From positions 1 to 39,013 of the forward strand of contig DALH01000018.1 in assembly GCA_002499405.1 (NCBI GenBank): DNA of 39,013 bases, read 5' to 3'. Below are positions 19,354-26,281 of this stretch, piece by piece. Position numbers and translations under genes: made by a program. This stretch comes from Candidatus Micrarchaeota archaeon UBA95. Lineage in GTDB: Archaea > Micrarchaeota > Micrarchaeia > Norongarragalinales > Norongarragalinaceae. The notes beneath the pieces were generated by a model. That model was given only the letters and a program-made list of their open reading frames with translations, did not search any database and was not told where the DNA came from. Each line of letters opens with the position of its first letter. Positions within the stretch are counted from its first letter, which is position 1.

Positions 19354-20560
19354 ACAACGCGCGCGGCAGCAAGTCGAATTGCCGGATTGTCGGACCCTTT
19401 TTGCACAACTCCTCGCCAAACGTTTTTCCGCCGGGTTTCCCGGGCCTTCCGTCAAACAACAGGTATGGAATCGGGTCGACCGTGTGCGCCTTCTTCCTGC
19501 ACGACGTGCAATGGTCCGCCCCCACGACTATCATGGTTTTTTCGTCCAAGCCGATGCCCTCCAAAAACGCGTCCACGCGCTCGATTTCGCGGACCTTGGC
19601 GTGCACGTCGCCGTCGTGCCCCGGCAAATCGGTTGTCTTGAAGTGAACGAAAACGAAGTTTTTTCTCTTTAACGCGCGCTTCACGGGCCGGGCCTTCAAC
19701 ATCACCTCTTTGAAGGAGTCCCCAACGTCTTCGGGAACGAATTCAATAGGGATTCCCAGCAGCCGGCACACCCCCGTGTTCACGGCGATGCCCGTAACCG
19801 CCACGGGCTTGACCCCAAACCGTCTGGAGAAGGGTTTAAGTTTTGGAATTTTGTTGCCGAAGCCGCGCGGAAGCAAAACGTTCGCCGCCGGCTTGCCTTT
19901 TTTCTTGCGCTCCTTGTTAACGGGATGGCCGGACAAAACCCCGAAACTTTTTTGCACGAATTCGTTGACGAGGCGCGCCGTCCTCCTTGCAGAGGGCTTC
20001 TTCGGCTTGGCCTCCCCAACCATTACTCCGGTTTGCTGCGGGTCTGGGCTGGTTATTTCGGGCGAGTAACGCCCCTTCTTGAATACGAGGATGCCGCGGT
20101 GCGTGGTCGTGGCCTTGAACTCGAAGGGGACCCCGAATTTCATGGAATTGATTGCCCGTTCCAGGGCAGTGGTGTCCTGAATTCTTCCCGCGCGCCTGTC
20201 AACGACGACGCCTTCTCCGTTTATCGTCGCGAAATTGCAGCGCATGGCCAGGTCGCCGTTCTTGACACATATTTTTTCGCCTATTGCTTCAATAATGCCT
20301 CGGCCATGCGGGAAACTGCGCACATCGTAACCGAGAAACGAGAATGTCATTGCGGAAGCGTCGCTTATGGGGACAATTGAACCCAAGCCCACGGGATTCA
20401 AGAAACCGCACTCGCTTTTGTCCAGCAACGAGTCCAAGAACGGAGTGTTCGCGTATTCCAGGGGAGTCTTCCCGCCCAATTCGCGGTATTCGTCTTTTTC
20501 GCCGTATCCGTCAAGCAAGCAGTAAAGGATTTTCCTCAAAAACAACCCACCGGCAGTCAT
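19343..20560 (-). CDS. apgM: 2,3-bisphosphoglycerate-independent phosphoglycerate mutase, archaeal type
   Basis: 405 aa. LDGYGEK...TPLEYANTPFLDSL...HFKTTDLPGHDGD...VVGADHCT. 11-nt convergent overlap with eno. Confidence 0.9.
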   Translation of the reverse strand: MTAGGLFLRKILYCLLDGYGEKDEYRELGGKTPLEYANTPFLDSLLDKSECGFLNPVGLGSIVPISDASAMTFSFLGYDVRSFPHGRGIIEAIGEKICVKNGDLAMRCNFATINGEGVVVDRRAGRIQDTTALERAINSMKFGVPFEFKATTTHRGILVFKKGRYSPEITSPDPQQTGVMVGEAKPKKPSARRTARLVNEFVQKSFGVLSGHPVNKERKKKGKPAANVLLPRGFGNKIPKLKPFSRRFGVKPVAVTGIAVNTGVCRLLGIPIEFVPEDVGDSFKEVMLKARPVKRALKRKNFVFVHFKTTDLPGHDGDVHAKVREIERVDAFLEGIGLDEKTMIVVGADHCTSCRKKAHTVDPIPYLLFDGRPGKPGGKTFGEELCKKGPTIRQFDLLPRALSRR

Positions 20561-20603
20561 TACGTTGCTCGGTTATTTATATGATGCACGCCAAAATCAG
20601 TTC

Positions 20604-20903
20604 ATGAAGTGCACATGTCAGTCTTGTTTCTACGAGTTCAACAGCGACGACCCGCTAGAACCGTGCCCCAACTGTCATTCCCACGACGTGAAACGCACGA
20701 AGGGCAAGGTAATCGAGAAAAGCATTAAAAAAGAGGTCTCAAAAAGCACCAAGTCCTCGTGGAAGGAATTCCACTCAAGCGGGTCATCCAACGAGTGCCC
20801 CAACTGCGGTGGTTCCGAGTTCACGCGCGACTTCAAGCACAAGGAAAAGGTTTGCAAAAAATGCGGCCACATACTGGCCTTGCCGAGGAACACTAAATGT
20901 TGA
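20604..20903 (+). CDS. Double zinc-ribbon protein (hypothetical)
   Basis: Internal ATG of ORF 20565..20903. CQSC...CPNC and CPNC...CKKC pairs separated by a Lys/Ser-rich linker. Confidence 0.55.
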   Translation: MKCTCQSCFYEFNSDDPLEPCPNCHSHDVKRTKGKVIEKSIKKEVSKSTKSSWKEFHSSGSSNECPNCGGSEFTRDFKHKEKVCKKCGHILALPRNTKC

Positions 20904-21064
20904 AGCAGGTGAATACGTTCCTTTACGCAATCTGGGCGCTCATAACCACCCTCGCCGGCCAGTTGATTGTCTTGCTCTTTGACGCCCCTCAGTTCGCCCT
21001 CGCCCTGGAATACCAGGTTTACGTCGGCCTAGTGCTCGTAGGCCTATTCATACTTTTTCCTTGA
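20897..21064 (+). CDS. Small membrane protein (55 aa, two hydrophobic helices), hypothetical
   Basis: Below the ORF-track cutoff; manual translation gives MLKQVNTFLYAIWALITTLAGQLIVLLFDAPQFALALEYQVYVGLVLVGLFILFP. Its ATG overlaps the end of the zinc-ribbon gene. Confidence 0.4.
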   Translation: MLKQVNTFLYAIWALITTLAGQLIVLLFDAPQFALALEYQVYVGLVLVGLFILFP

Positions 21065-21590
21065 GGCCCGCCCACCACGGCCCCTTCAAGGCCTTGAATT
21101 CAGCCAGCAATTTCTTGGCGGACTCGGTCTTCAACGCTTTTTCAACGCGTTGCATCCAGTCCCCCGCGAGCCGGTAACCCGTTGACTCGTATTCCAACGC
21201 CTGCAACGCGCACTCCAAGTAATCCGCGTCCTTCAACACCGCGCGCTCTTTTTCGTTCAATTCAGTCAATCGCGTTTTTTTGGGCAAGGCACCCCACTGA
21301 TCTTTTTCGGCGCGCGCCTCAGTTTCCACCTTGTTCTTGAAGTAGTTGGAGGCCACTTTGTGCAGGTCGCCGGTCCGCGTCTCGGGCGCATCGTGAAACA
21401 CGGCGTGCGTGCACAGCTTTTCCGCGTCCAAGCCCTCTTCCCTTGCAAGAAAGTAGGCCACGGCCGCGGCGCGCCACGAATGCTCTGCAACGCTCTCCGG
21501 GTCCTTGACGCCGGCGTACCACCAGCCCGTGCGCTTGCTCAACTTCAAGACGCCCAACTCGGACAAAAATCGTGCAACTTTCTTCTTCAT
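21048..21590 (-). CDS. HD-domain phosphohydrolase (YfbR-like)
   Basis: Internal ATG 21590 of ORF 21048..21683 avoids overlap with the upstream gene. ESVAEHSWRAA...AVFHDAPETRTGD HD motif. Confidence 0.8.
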   Translation of the reverse strand: MKKKVARFLSELGVLKLSKRTGWWYAGVKDPESVAEHSWRAAAVAYFLAREEGLDAEKLCTHAVFHDAPETRTGDLHKVASNYFKNKVETEARAEKDQWGALPKKTRLTELNEKERAVLKDADYLECALQALEYESTGYRLAGDWMQRVEKALKTESAKKLLAEFKALKGPWWAGLKEKV

Positions 21591-21642
21591 CTCAACACCG
21601 ATAACGGCATCGCGACCAGAAATAAGAAGGTTGCCTTGCGCA

Positions 21643-22308
21643 TCACTTCGTCGTGCGTTTTTTCGGCCATTCAGCAGGTTCAACCTCTCGTGTCCCCCGG
21701 TTTTTGAAGATGCCTTTCAGGTGTTTCCTTGTCCCAAACTTTTTTTCACTGGTTTCCAGAACCAAACACTCTTCAACCATGCCTTTAAACAATTCCCTTG
21801 CATCCGCCAACGAAAAATAATGATACCACGCGTTGTTGCCCCGCCGGAACGTGTCCTCCTCAACGCGGGCGCCCTTGCCGTAACGGAGGTCACCCACCGC
21901 GAAGTCCCGGAACAAGAGGCGGCCGCCCGTTTTCAAGACGCGTCGCGCCTCGGCGACCGCTTTTTTCCGTTCGGCTTCGGACAGGTGGCTGAACACGTGG
22001 CGGGCAACAACGAAGTCAAAGAACCCGTCTTGGAACGGGAGCGAACAGCAATCACAGCAAACTATTTCCGCGTTCGGGCGTTGCTTTCGTGCCAGGGCGC
22101 AGGCGTTCTCGGAAACGTCAATTGCATATAATTCGTCCGCGGAAATGCTTTTCAAGCCCTTGCCGTTCCCGCAACCCAGTTCCAGCACGCGACCGCCCAG
22201 TTCAAGGCGTTCAGCGGGTCCGACCCACAACGCGCCCTGCCTCCCGTACTCTTTTTCCCAAGCGTAGTGGTGCGGCTTGTTCCTCGGGATGTGCGTGTTG
22301 GGATACAC
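21643..22308 (-). CDS. Class I SAM-dependent methyltransferase
   Basis: 221 aa. Motif I VLELGCGNGKGL, post-I DVSENA, FDFVVARHVFSHL. Confidence 0.85.
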   Translation of the reverse strand: MYPNTHIPRNKPHHYAWEKEYGRQGALWVGPAERLELGGRVLELGCGNGKGLKSISADELYAIDVSENACALARKQRPNAEIVCCDCCSLPFQDGFFDFVVARHVFSHLSEAERKKAVAEARRVLKTGGRLLFRDFAVGDLRYGKGARVEEDTFRRGNNAWYHYFSLADARELFKGMVEECLVLETSEKKFGTRKHLKGIFKNRGTREVEPAEWPKKRTTK

Positions 22309-22343
22309 GAACCCTTTTTTATTTTAGTCGTTGAAATGCCTTC

Positions 22344-22853
22344 GTGTTTCAAACCCTTTACCTTCCCGAAGCAATGCGCAAGGAGTTGAAGAAGCCGTTC
22401 GGACGGCTCGTCAAAAAACCGCCGAAGACCCTGAAAAAGGAGTTCGTGGTATGCGTGGGCGACGAGTCGTGCCGCGCCCTCTTGAATGCGGGCTTCACGC
22501 CGGAGCTGCAGGTGTTTGATTGCAAGACCAAACGCGCCAAAGCCGAGCCCCTGCCGCCTTCAAAACTCTCGGAACGCGTTTGCAGCAACCCGGCCGGCTC
22601 CATCACCGCCGAGTCGTGGAATGCTTTGAAACGCGCTTTTTCAAGGCCCTCCCGCGTGCGTGTGAACGGCGAAGAAGACCTGCTTGTTTTGCCCTGCGTT
22701 TTGCTGGCGCCGGCCGGCGCCGTCGTGGTTTACGGCCAACCCGGCGAGGGCCTCGTGCTCGTGCGCGCCTCGAAACAGCGAAAGGGCTTCGTTCGTCGCC
22801 TCCTGAAATGCTTTTCAACAACGCCTCCAACGCCTTCCTCAACGCTGGAGTGA
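22344..22853 (+). CDS. GTP-dependent dephospho-CoA kinase (DUF359 family)
   Basis: 169 aa. LPEAMRKELKKPFGRL...VCVGDES...VNGEEDLLVLPCVLLAP...VVYGQPGEGLVLV matches the archaeal DUF359/DPCK pattern. Confidence 0.78.
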   Translation: MFQTLYLPEAMRKELKKPFGRLVKKPPKTLKKEFVVCVGDESCRALLNAGFTPELQVFDCKTKRAKAEPLPPSKLSERVCSNPAGSITAESWNALKRAFSRPSRVRVNGEEDLLVLPCVLLAPAGAVVVYGQPGEGLVLVRASKQRKGFVRRLLKCFSTTPPTPSSTLE

Positions 22854-23331
22854 CTTTTTCTCCTTGCAAAAACGTTTCCACTTGTTTGGGAGTCAATGAC
22901 TTGAAGCGCGCCACCTCGCAATTGGGCTTCAACTCTTTTTCAGTGATTCCAGTGAAAACAAAGCAGTCCTGATTCTCCTTGTAAGGGTTGTGCCTTGATT
23001 TCTCGCGAACCCTTTTGAACGGCGTCAACGCCGCGCGCACGCCTGCTTCCTCCATCAACTCGCGTTCAGCCGCTTTTTCAACGCGCTCGCCTTTCACGAC
23101 GTGGCCGCTCGCCGTGAAGTCCCACCACAACGGCCAAGTCTCCTTGAGTGCGCTTCTTTGTTGCAGGATGATGCGCCCGTTCTTGAACAACAGCACGCAA
23201 GCAACCCTGTGCCTCAAGCCCTTCAGGTGTGCTTCAAGTTTGTCTGCCCAGCCAACCACGTTTCCCTCGCAATCAATAATTGGGAGGGTCTCCAATTCAC
23301 AACACCGGGGCGGGTAAAACGAGCGAGGCAA
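22603..23331 (-). CDS. NUDIX hydrolase (IDI-1-like fold) with about 65-aa Arg-rich C-terminal extension
   Basis: Perfect Nudix box GHVVKGERVEKAAERELMEEAGV. The ORF runs 251 nt antisense into the DUF359 gene before a stop. An alternative TTG start at 23295 would remove the overlap with the upstream gene. Confidence 0.8.
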   Translation of the reverse strand: MPRSFYPPRCCELETLPIIDCEGNVVGWADKLEAHLKGLRHRVACVLLFKNGRIILQQRSALKETWPLWWDFTASGHVVKGERVEKAAERELMEEAGVRAALTPFKRVREKSRHNPYKENQDCFVFTGITEKELKPNCEVARFKSLTPKQVETFLQGEKVTPALRKALEALLKSISGGDERSPFAVSRRARARGPRRVGRKPRRRRPAPAKRRAKQAGLLRRSHARGRALKKRVSKHSTTRR

Positions 23332-23557
23332 CTATCACCAACAAGAAGAAGGCCAAGCCGTCGTCCAGGTCCTGCCACATTATTGGGATTGCGAGGGCAA
23401 CGCCCGCAAGCCACAAAGGAGTCGCCCCCACGCTGATCAAGTAGTAAGCGTAAATCATTCCAAGCAAAAAGAAGAACAACAAGACAGAAACGGTTTTCCT
23501 GAGGAGAAAGGAGAAAACGCTTTTCGCGGTGCTGAAAATCTTGTGGCCGAAACCCAT
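23297..23557 (-). CDS. Small polytopic membrane protein (hypothetical)
   Basis: 86 aa with three hydrophobic helices (VLLFFFLLGMIYAYYLI, LWLAGVALAIPIMW, AFFLLVIVASLVL). Confidence 0.55.
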   Translation of the reverse strand: MGFGHKIFSTAKSVFSFLLRKTVSVLLFFFLLGMIYAYYLISVGATPLWLAGVALAIPIMWQDLDDGLAFFLLVIVASLVLPAPVL

Positions 23558-23610
23558 ACTGTTTTAATGCGCGTCCCTGTTTTTATTTTGGTAGCGTCGT
23601 GAGGCGAGCG

Positions 23611-23895
23611 ATGAAAATTACAAGAAAACTCGGAGTTGCTATTCCCGTTGCAGCGGCGCTGGCCCTCGGGGGTTTTCACGCCCCACCCAAATACGAGGCG
23701 CCCGCGGAACGACCGCCAATAGTAGAGTTTCAACGGGTTAGACCCGAAAACCGCTTGATTCTTTTGCGAACCCTGCGCGAAGCAGAAGCAAGGCGCTTGC
23801 CTATCAGAGAAGAGCCGCACACGCCCCACAAAAAATTTAAAATAGAGTTTGAACTTCCTAAAGCAGTTCTTAAGGGTCCAAAGGTTAAACGCTAA
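23611..23895 (+). CDS. Small secreted/basic hypothetical protein
   Basis: Internal ATG of ORF 23599..23895. MKITRKLGVAIPVAAALALGGFHA is signal-like. Weak support. Confidence 0.4.
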   Translation: MKITRKLGVAIPVAAALALGGFHAPPKYEAPAERPPIVEFQRVRPENRLILLRTLREAEARRLPIREEPHTPHKKFKIEFELPKAVLKGPKVKR

Positions 23896-24383
23896 TCAAC
23901 GCCCTTCCTGCGCTTGACGCGCCACGTCTCAACCAGCGAACTCCACTCGCTGCCAGCGTGTTGCATTGCCTCGCCAAAACGCTTGCTCAACTTCAACACC
24001 ATGCGGTGCCTCTTGTCTCTTCCCTCTTGCCCCGAGGGATTGACGCGCTCGCGCGCCAGCAAACCAAGACGAATCATCTTGGGAATCACGAGGTTCCGCA
24101 GCGTTGAGTTGGGCACGCCGTTCTCCTGCGCCCAGACCGCAAGTTCGTCCCCGTTAACACTCTCCTTGTCTGACAGGAATGAAACCAGTTTCAACGCAAT
24201 TGAATACTGCGCTTCCTGCAAATCCGGAGGAAAAACAAGTTTCAAAACGTCCTCTTTCTCCCAGCGCGCGCTCCAAGGCATTGGCGGGTTGTTGTAATCC
24301 AAGAGCAGGGCTCTGCGGCTCGAAATACCGCGTGACGCAGGCCCTTCGCCCTTTTCCTTAACCATCACGAGTTCAAACGCCAA
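23892..24383 (-). CDS. Hypothetical winged-helix DNA-binding protein bordering the AT-rich island
   Basis: 163 aa. HTH-like GVPNSTLRNLVIPKMIRLGLLARER followed by a wing-like basic segment. Confidence 0.55.
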   Translation of the reverse strand: MAFELVMVKEKGEGPASRGISSRRALLLDYNNPPMPWSARWEKEDVLKLVFPPDLQEAQYSIALKLVSFLSDKESVNGDELAVWAQENGVPNSTLRNLVIPKMIRLGLLARERVNPSGQEGRDKRHRMVLKLSKRFGEAMQHAGSEWSSLVETWRVKRRKGVD

Positions 24384-24410
24384 GCCGATATAATAGCGTT
24401 ATGAGGGAAC

Positions 24411-24430
24411 GCTTCCATTGTTTCCACTGA
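24411..24430 (-). repeat. ORB-like element (tandem TGGAA[A/G]C)
   Basis: Minus strand reads TCAGTGGAAACAATGGAAGC. It resembles the archaeal origin recognition box core TCCAGTGGAAAC with one base missing. Confidence 0.35.
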
Positions 24431-24431
24431 A

Positions 24432-24451
24432 TTTTTGGCGGTATAGCGCCG
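24432..24451 (+). repeat. 20-bp direct repeat, copy 1 (TTTTTGGCGGTATAGCGCCG)
   Basis: 19/20 identical to 25870..25889. Contains a small hairpin GGCG-GTATAG-CGCC preceded by T5. Confidence 0.7.
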
Positions 24452-24626
24452 AACTGGCGAGCTTTGTTCGGAAAAAGAGTTTTCGTGTTAAAACAATCCG
24501 TCAACAACAACCTTTTGTGGCTGCCCAGCTTCAAACAAGGAATTTATGAGGTTATTTGCTGGTTTGAGTTGCTTTGCCTATAATGCGGCTTTTTGGTTTG
24601 GTTGGTTTTTCGCTTAAACTAAAAAG

Positions 24627-24642
24627 AGTGGGCAGGTTTTTG
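24627..24642 (-). repeat. Inverted copy of the AAAACCTGCCCACTY iteron
   Basis: The plus strand gagtgggcaggttttt is the reverse complement of AAAAACCTGCCCACTC. Confidence 0.5.
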
Positions 24643-24780
24643 CGTCAAGCAAAAAATTTGCAAAATTTTTTTCAGTTGAGCTCCGTTATTCCATTAAACA
24701 CCGTATTGGTGTTTTGAATATGCGTTTTTTGACTGGTTTGGCGTTGCATTTTTCATGCGTTTACCGCGTTTTTTCAAAAG

Positions 24781-24830
24781 TACAAACATACTAAATTATA
24801 TTGTTATGTTGTTTTTATTTTGAGGGTTTT
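24781..24830. other. Most AT-rich stretch of the island (candidate DNA unwinding element)
   Basis: tacaaacatactaaattatattgttatgttgtttttattttgagggtttt. It lies between oppositely oriented ORB-like elements at 24411..24430 (minus) and 24831..24841 (plus). Confidence 0.3.
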
Positions 24831-24841
24831 TTAGTGGAAGC
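24831..24841 (+). repeat. ORB-like element (TTAGTGGAAGC)
   Basis: Shares AGTGGAAGC with the tandem element at 24411..24430 but in the opposite orientation. Confidence 0.3.
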
Positions 24842-25031
24842 ACGTCAAAATGATGTAACTGATGCCTGTTCTAACCGCGTTTTGCATTATTTTAGGCAAT
24901 TTGGGGTGTTCGCCCCTGCCCGAGCCGCCCCTTTTTATTATTCAATACTATTTTAACATAACGTTTCCTTGTCTGTGCTCGTGGTCGGGTTCGTTGCGTT
25001 GCCATTATCTTGGTGGTTCGTTTTCTATGTT

Positions 25032-25364
25032 TTATTGTTTTGTTATTGGTTTGAATGTTAGTTTGTGGGCTATTTCTGCAGCGTGTGCAAATACCTCTTC
25101 GTCTGTATAGTGATTGTCCAGAACATGCAATAGCAGGTTGTTTGCAACTTCTTTTCTTTGATTATAATCCGTTTTTTTTCCTAAATTCAGCTCTCCTGCC
25201 TTGATTTTGAGGGCAACATATTTGATTAGGGCTCGTTCTTGATCTCTTGAAAGCGCTTTTTCCGGCTCTACAACCCATTTTTTAACTATTCTGGCACTTG
25301 AAAACAAGTCCTTTTGGCTTATTTCTTGTCCTTCTTCTGCTTCAGGTACGAGTCGGTACGGCAT
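25032..25364 (-). CDS. Orphan hypothetical protein inside the AT-rich island
   Basis: 110 aa, Lys/Glu-rich (MPYRLVPEAEEGQEISQKDLF...). AT-rich codon usage unlike the neighbours. GGTGA SD-like sequence 4 nt upstream of the ATG, and a TATA-like CATTAAATT further upstream. Confidence 0.55.
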   Translation of the reverse strand: MPYRLVPEAEEGQEISQKDLFSSARIVKKWVVEPEKALSRDQERALIKYVALKIKAGELNLGKKTDYNQRKEVANNLLLHVLDNHYTDEEVFAHAAEIAHKLTFKPITKQ

Positions 25365-25422
25365 TATTTCACCACTAAAACCAGGAAAAACACGAATTTA
25401 ATGTTTTTCCTGCCTAGTTTTT

Positions 25423-25446
25423 ACTGGAACAACGGGTTTCCACTAG
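25423..25446. repeat. Imperfect dyad ACTGGAAC-AACGG-GTTTCCACTAG (ORB-like)
   Basis: The minus strand reads CTAGTGGAAACCCGTTGTTCCAGT. CTAGTGGAAAC differs by one base from the ORB core CCAGTGGAAAC. A related copy TTTTAGTGGTGAAA lies at 25367..25380 (minus). Confidence 0.35.
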
Positions 25447-25476
25447 ATTTTTTTTGAAGAAACTCTTGAAAACGCT

Positions 25477-25745
25477 AAAACCTGCCCATTCCTGAATCTT
25501 TTTCACCTTGTTTCACGCTTTTTTTGTGCGGACCGACTTCAAATTCACGCAAACGAGCCGAAAACACGGTTTTTTCGTGGAACCTGCCCGGGTCGGCCCC
25601 AAAATTTTTGAATTCCCAAAATTCTGGTAGTGTAAAAACGAAAATCATTCAAAAAATGCCGTTTTTTGAAAAACCTGCCCACTTCTTCATTTTTGAGTTG
25701 TTTTTGTGCAATATTTTGTTTGCATTTGATTTTCCTGCCCACTCC
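25477..25745 (+). repeat. Four direct copies of a CCTGCCC[A/G] iteron in AT-rich context
   Basis: aaaaCCTGCCCAttcc (25481), ggaaCCTGCCCGggtc (25583), aaaaaCCTGCCCActtc (25674), tttCCTGCCCActcc (25734). Spacings are 102, 91 and 60 nt. A degenerate copy ttttCCTGCCtag lies near 25409. Confidence 0.55.
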
Positions 25746-25869
25746 TCAAACGAAAAGTTTAAAAAGAACGCCCGAAAGTGTCGAAGTTAAAACGCGGAAT
25801 TTTAAGGTTTTAACCGTGTTTTAATTGAGTTTTTTGTTTTGGTTTTGCCCGCCCTTTTCAAGGCACGCG

Positions 25870-25889
25870 TTTTTGGCGGTATAACGCCG
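25870..25889 (+). repeat. 20-bp direct repeat, copy 2 (TTTTTGGCGGTATAACGCCG)
   Basis: 19/20 identical to 24432..24451 and 1438 bp downstream of it. Hairpin GGCGG-TATAACG-CCGCC. Confidence 0.7.
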
Positions 25890-25899
25890 CCCGCCCGTT

Positions 25900-26160
25900 T
25901 CATTTTTGGTCGCGGAAAACGATTGCGTGTTGCGGCGGTCGAAGTTGATGGATTCGTTGGCGAGCGTGCAACTTAGGCCTGGGGGAGAGGCGGGGGGTTG
26001 AGTTGTTGAGGTGCATGAGCTGGTTGAAAGCAGGAGCTGGCTGTACCTCGCGGCGGGCCTCGCGCGCCCGCGTTTGAAGTCGCTGCGTTTTCAGGTGATA
26101 GAGTTCAGCGCCGCGGTGGGAAGTTGCAGCGCGGTGAGGGGAAATACCCATCTTCTTCAA
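25900..26160 (-). CDS. Hypothetical small basic protein, last ORF of the Ub-E2 transcription unit (weak)
   Basis: 86-aa ORF, Arg/His/Gln-rich, on the same strand and 20 nt downstream of the 33-aa ORF. The composition could also be non-coding GC-rich DNA. Confidence 0.3.
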   Translation of the reverse strand: MKKMGISPHRAATSHRGAELYHLKTQRLQTRAREARREVQPAPAFNQLMHLNNSTPRLSPRPKLHARQRIHQLRPPQHAIVFRDQK

Positions 26161-26179
26161 GATGCGCAGAGGTCTGCGG

Positions 26180-26281
26180 CTAGCATTCGTGTTTTTCCAC
26201 GAACTCGAATTCCTTTTCAGAGGGAGGTGTGCGCTCTTCTTTCACGGGTTCTTTTATGCTGACGATTCGCGGGCGCTTCAT
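26180..26281 (-). CDS. Small ORF (33 aa) translationally coupled to the E2 gene (weak)
   Basis: MKRPRIVSIKEPVKEERTPPSEKEFEFVEKHEC. Its ATG overlaps the E2 stop as ATGA (GGGTTATGAAG). Confidence 0.3.
   Translation of the reverse strand: MKRPRIVSIKEPVKEERTPPSEKEFEFVEKHEC

Larger units (their letters stand above)
24384..25899. other. AT-rich accessory/non-coding island (candidate replication origin or mobile-element remnant)
   Basis: About 1.5 kb with only one plausible ORF, in a window otherwise over 90 percent coding. Visibly much lower GC than the flanks (for example 24781..24840 is about 23 percent GC). Dense T-runs and several repeat families. Confidence 0.6.

Noticed and set aside
25477-25745. 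CRISPR array hypothesis for the CCTGCCCA repeats
   Set aside because: The repeat core is only about 8-15 nt, spacings are irregular (60-102 nt), the flanks are not conserved as full 24-40 nt repeats, and no cas genes are present.
24862-25790. ORFs 24862..25110 (+), 25524..25790 (+) and 25545..25742 (-) in the island
   Set aside because: They have Phe/Leu/Cys/Ser-rich or Lys/Phe-rich compositions expected from random AT/T-rich DNA, and no start context. Only the 110-aa minus-strand ORF looks coding.
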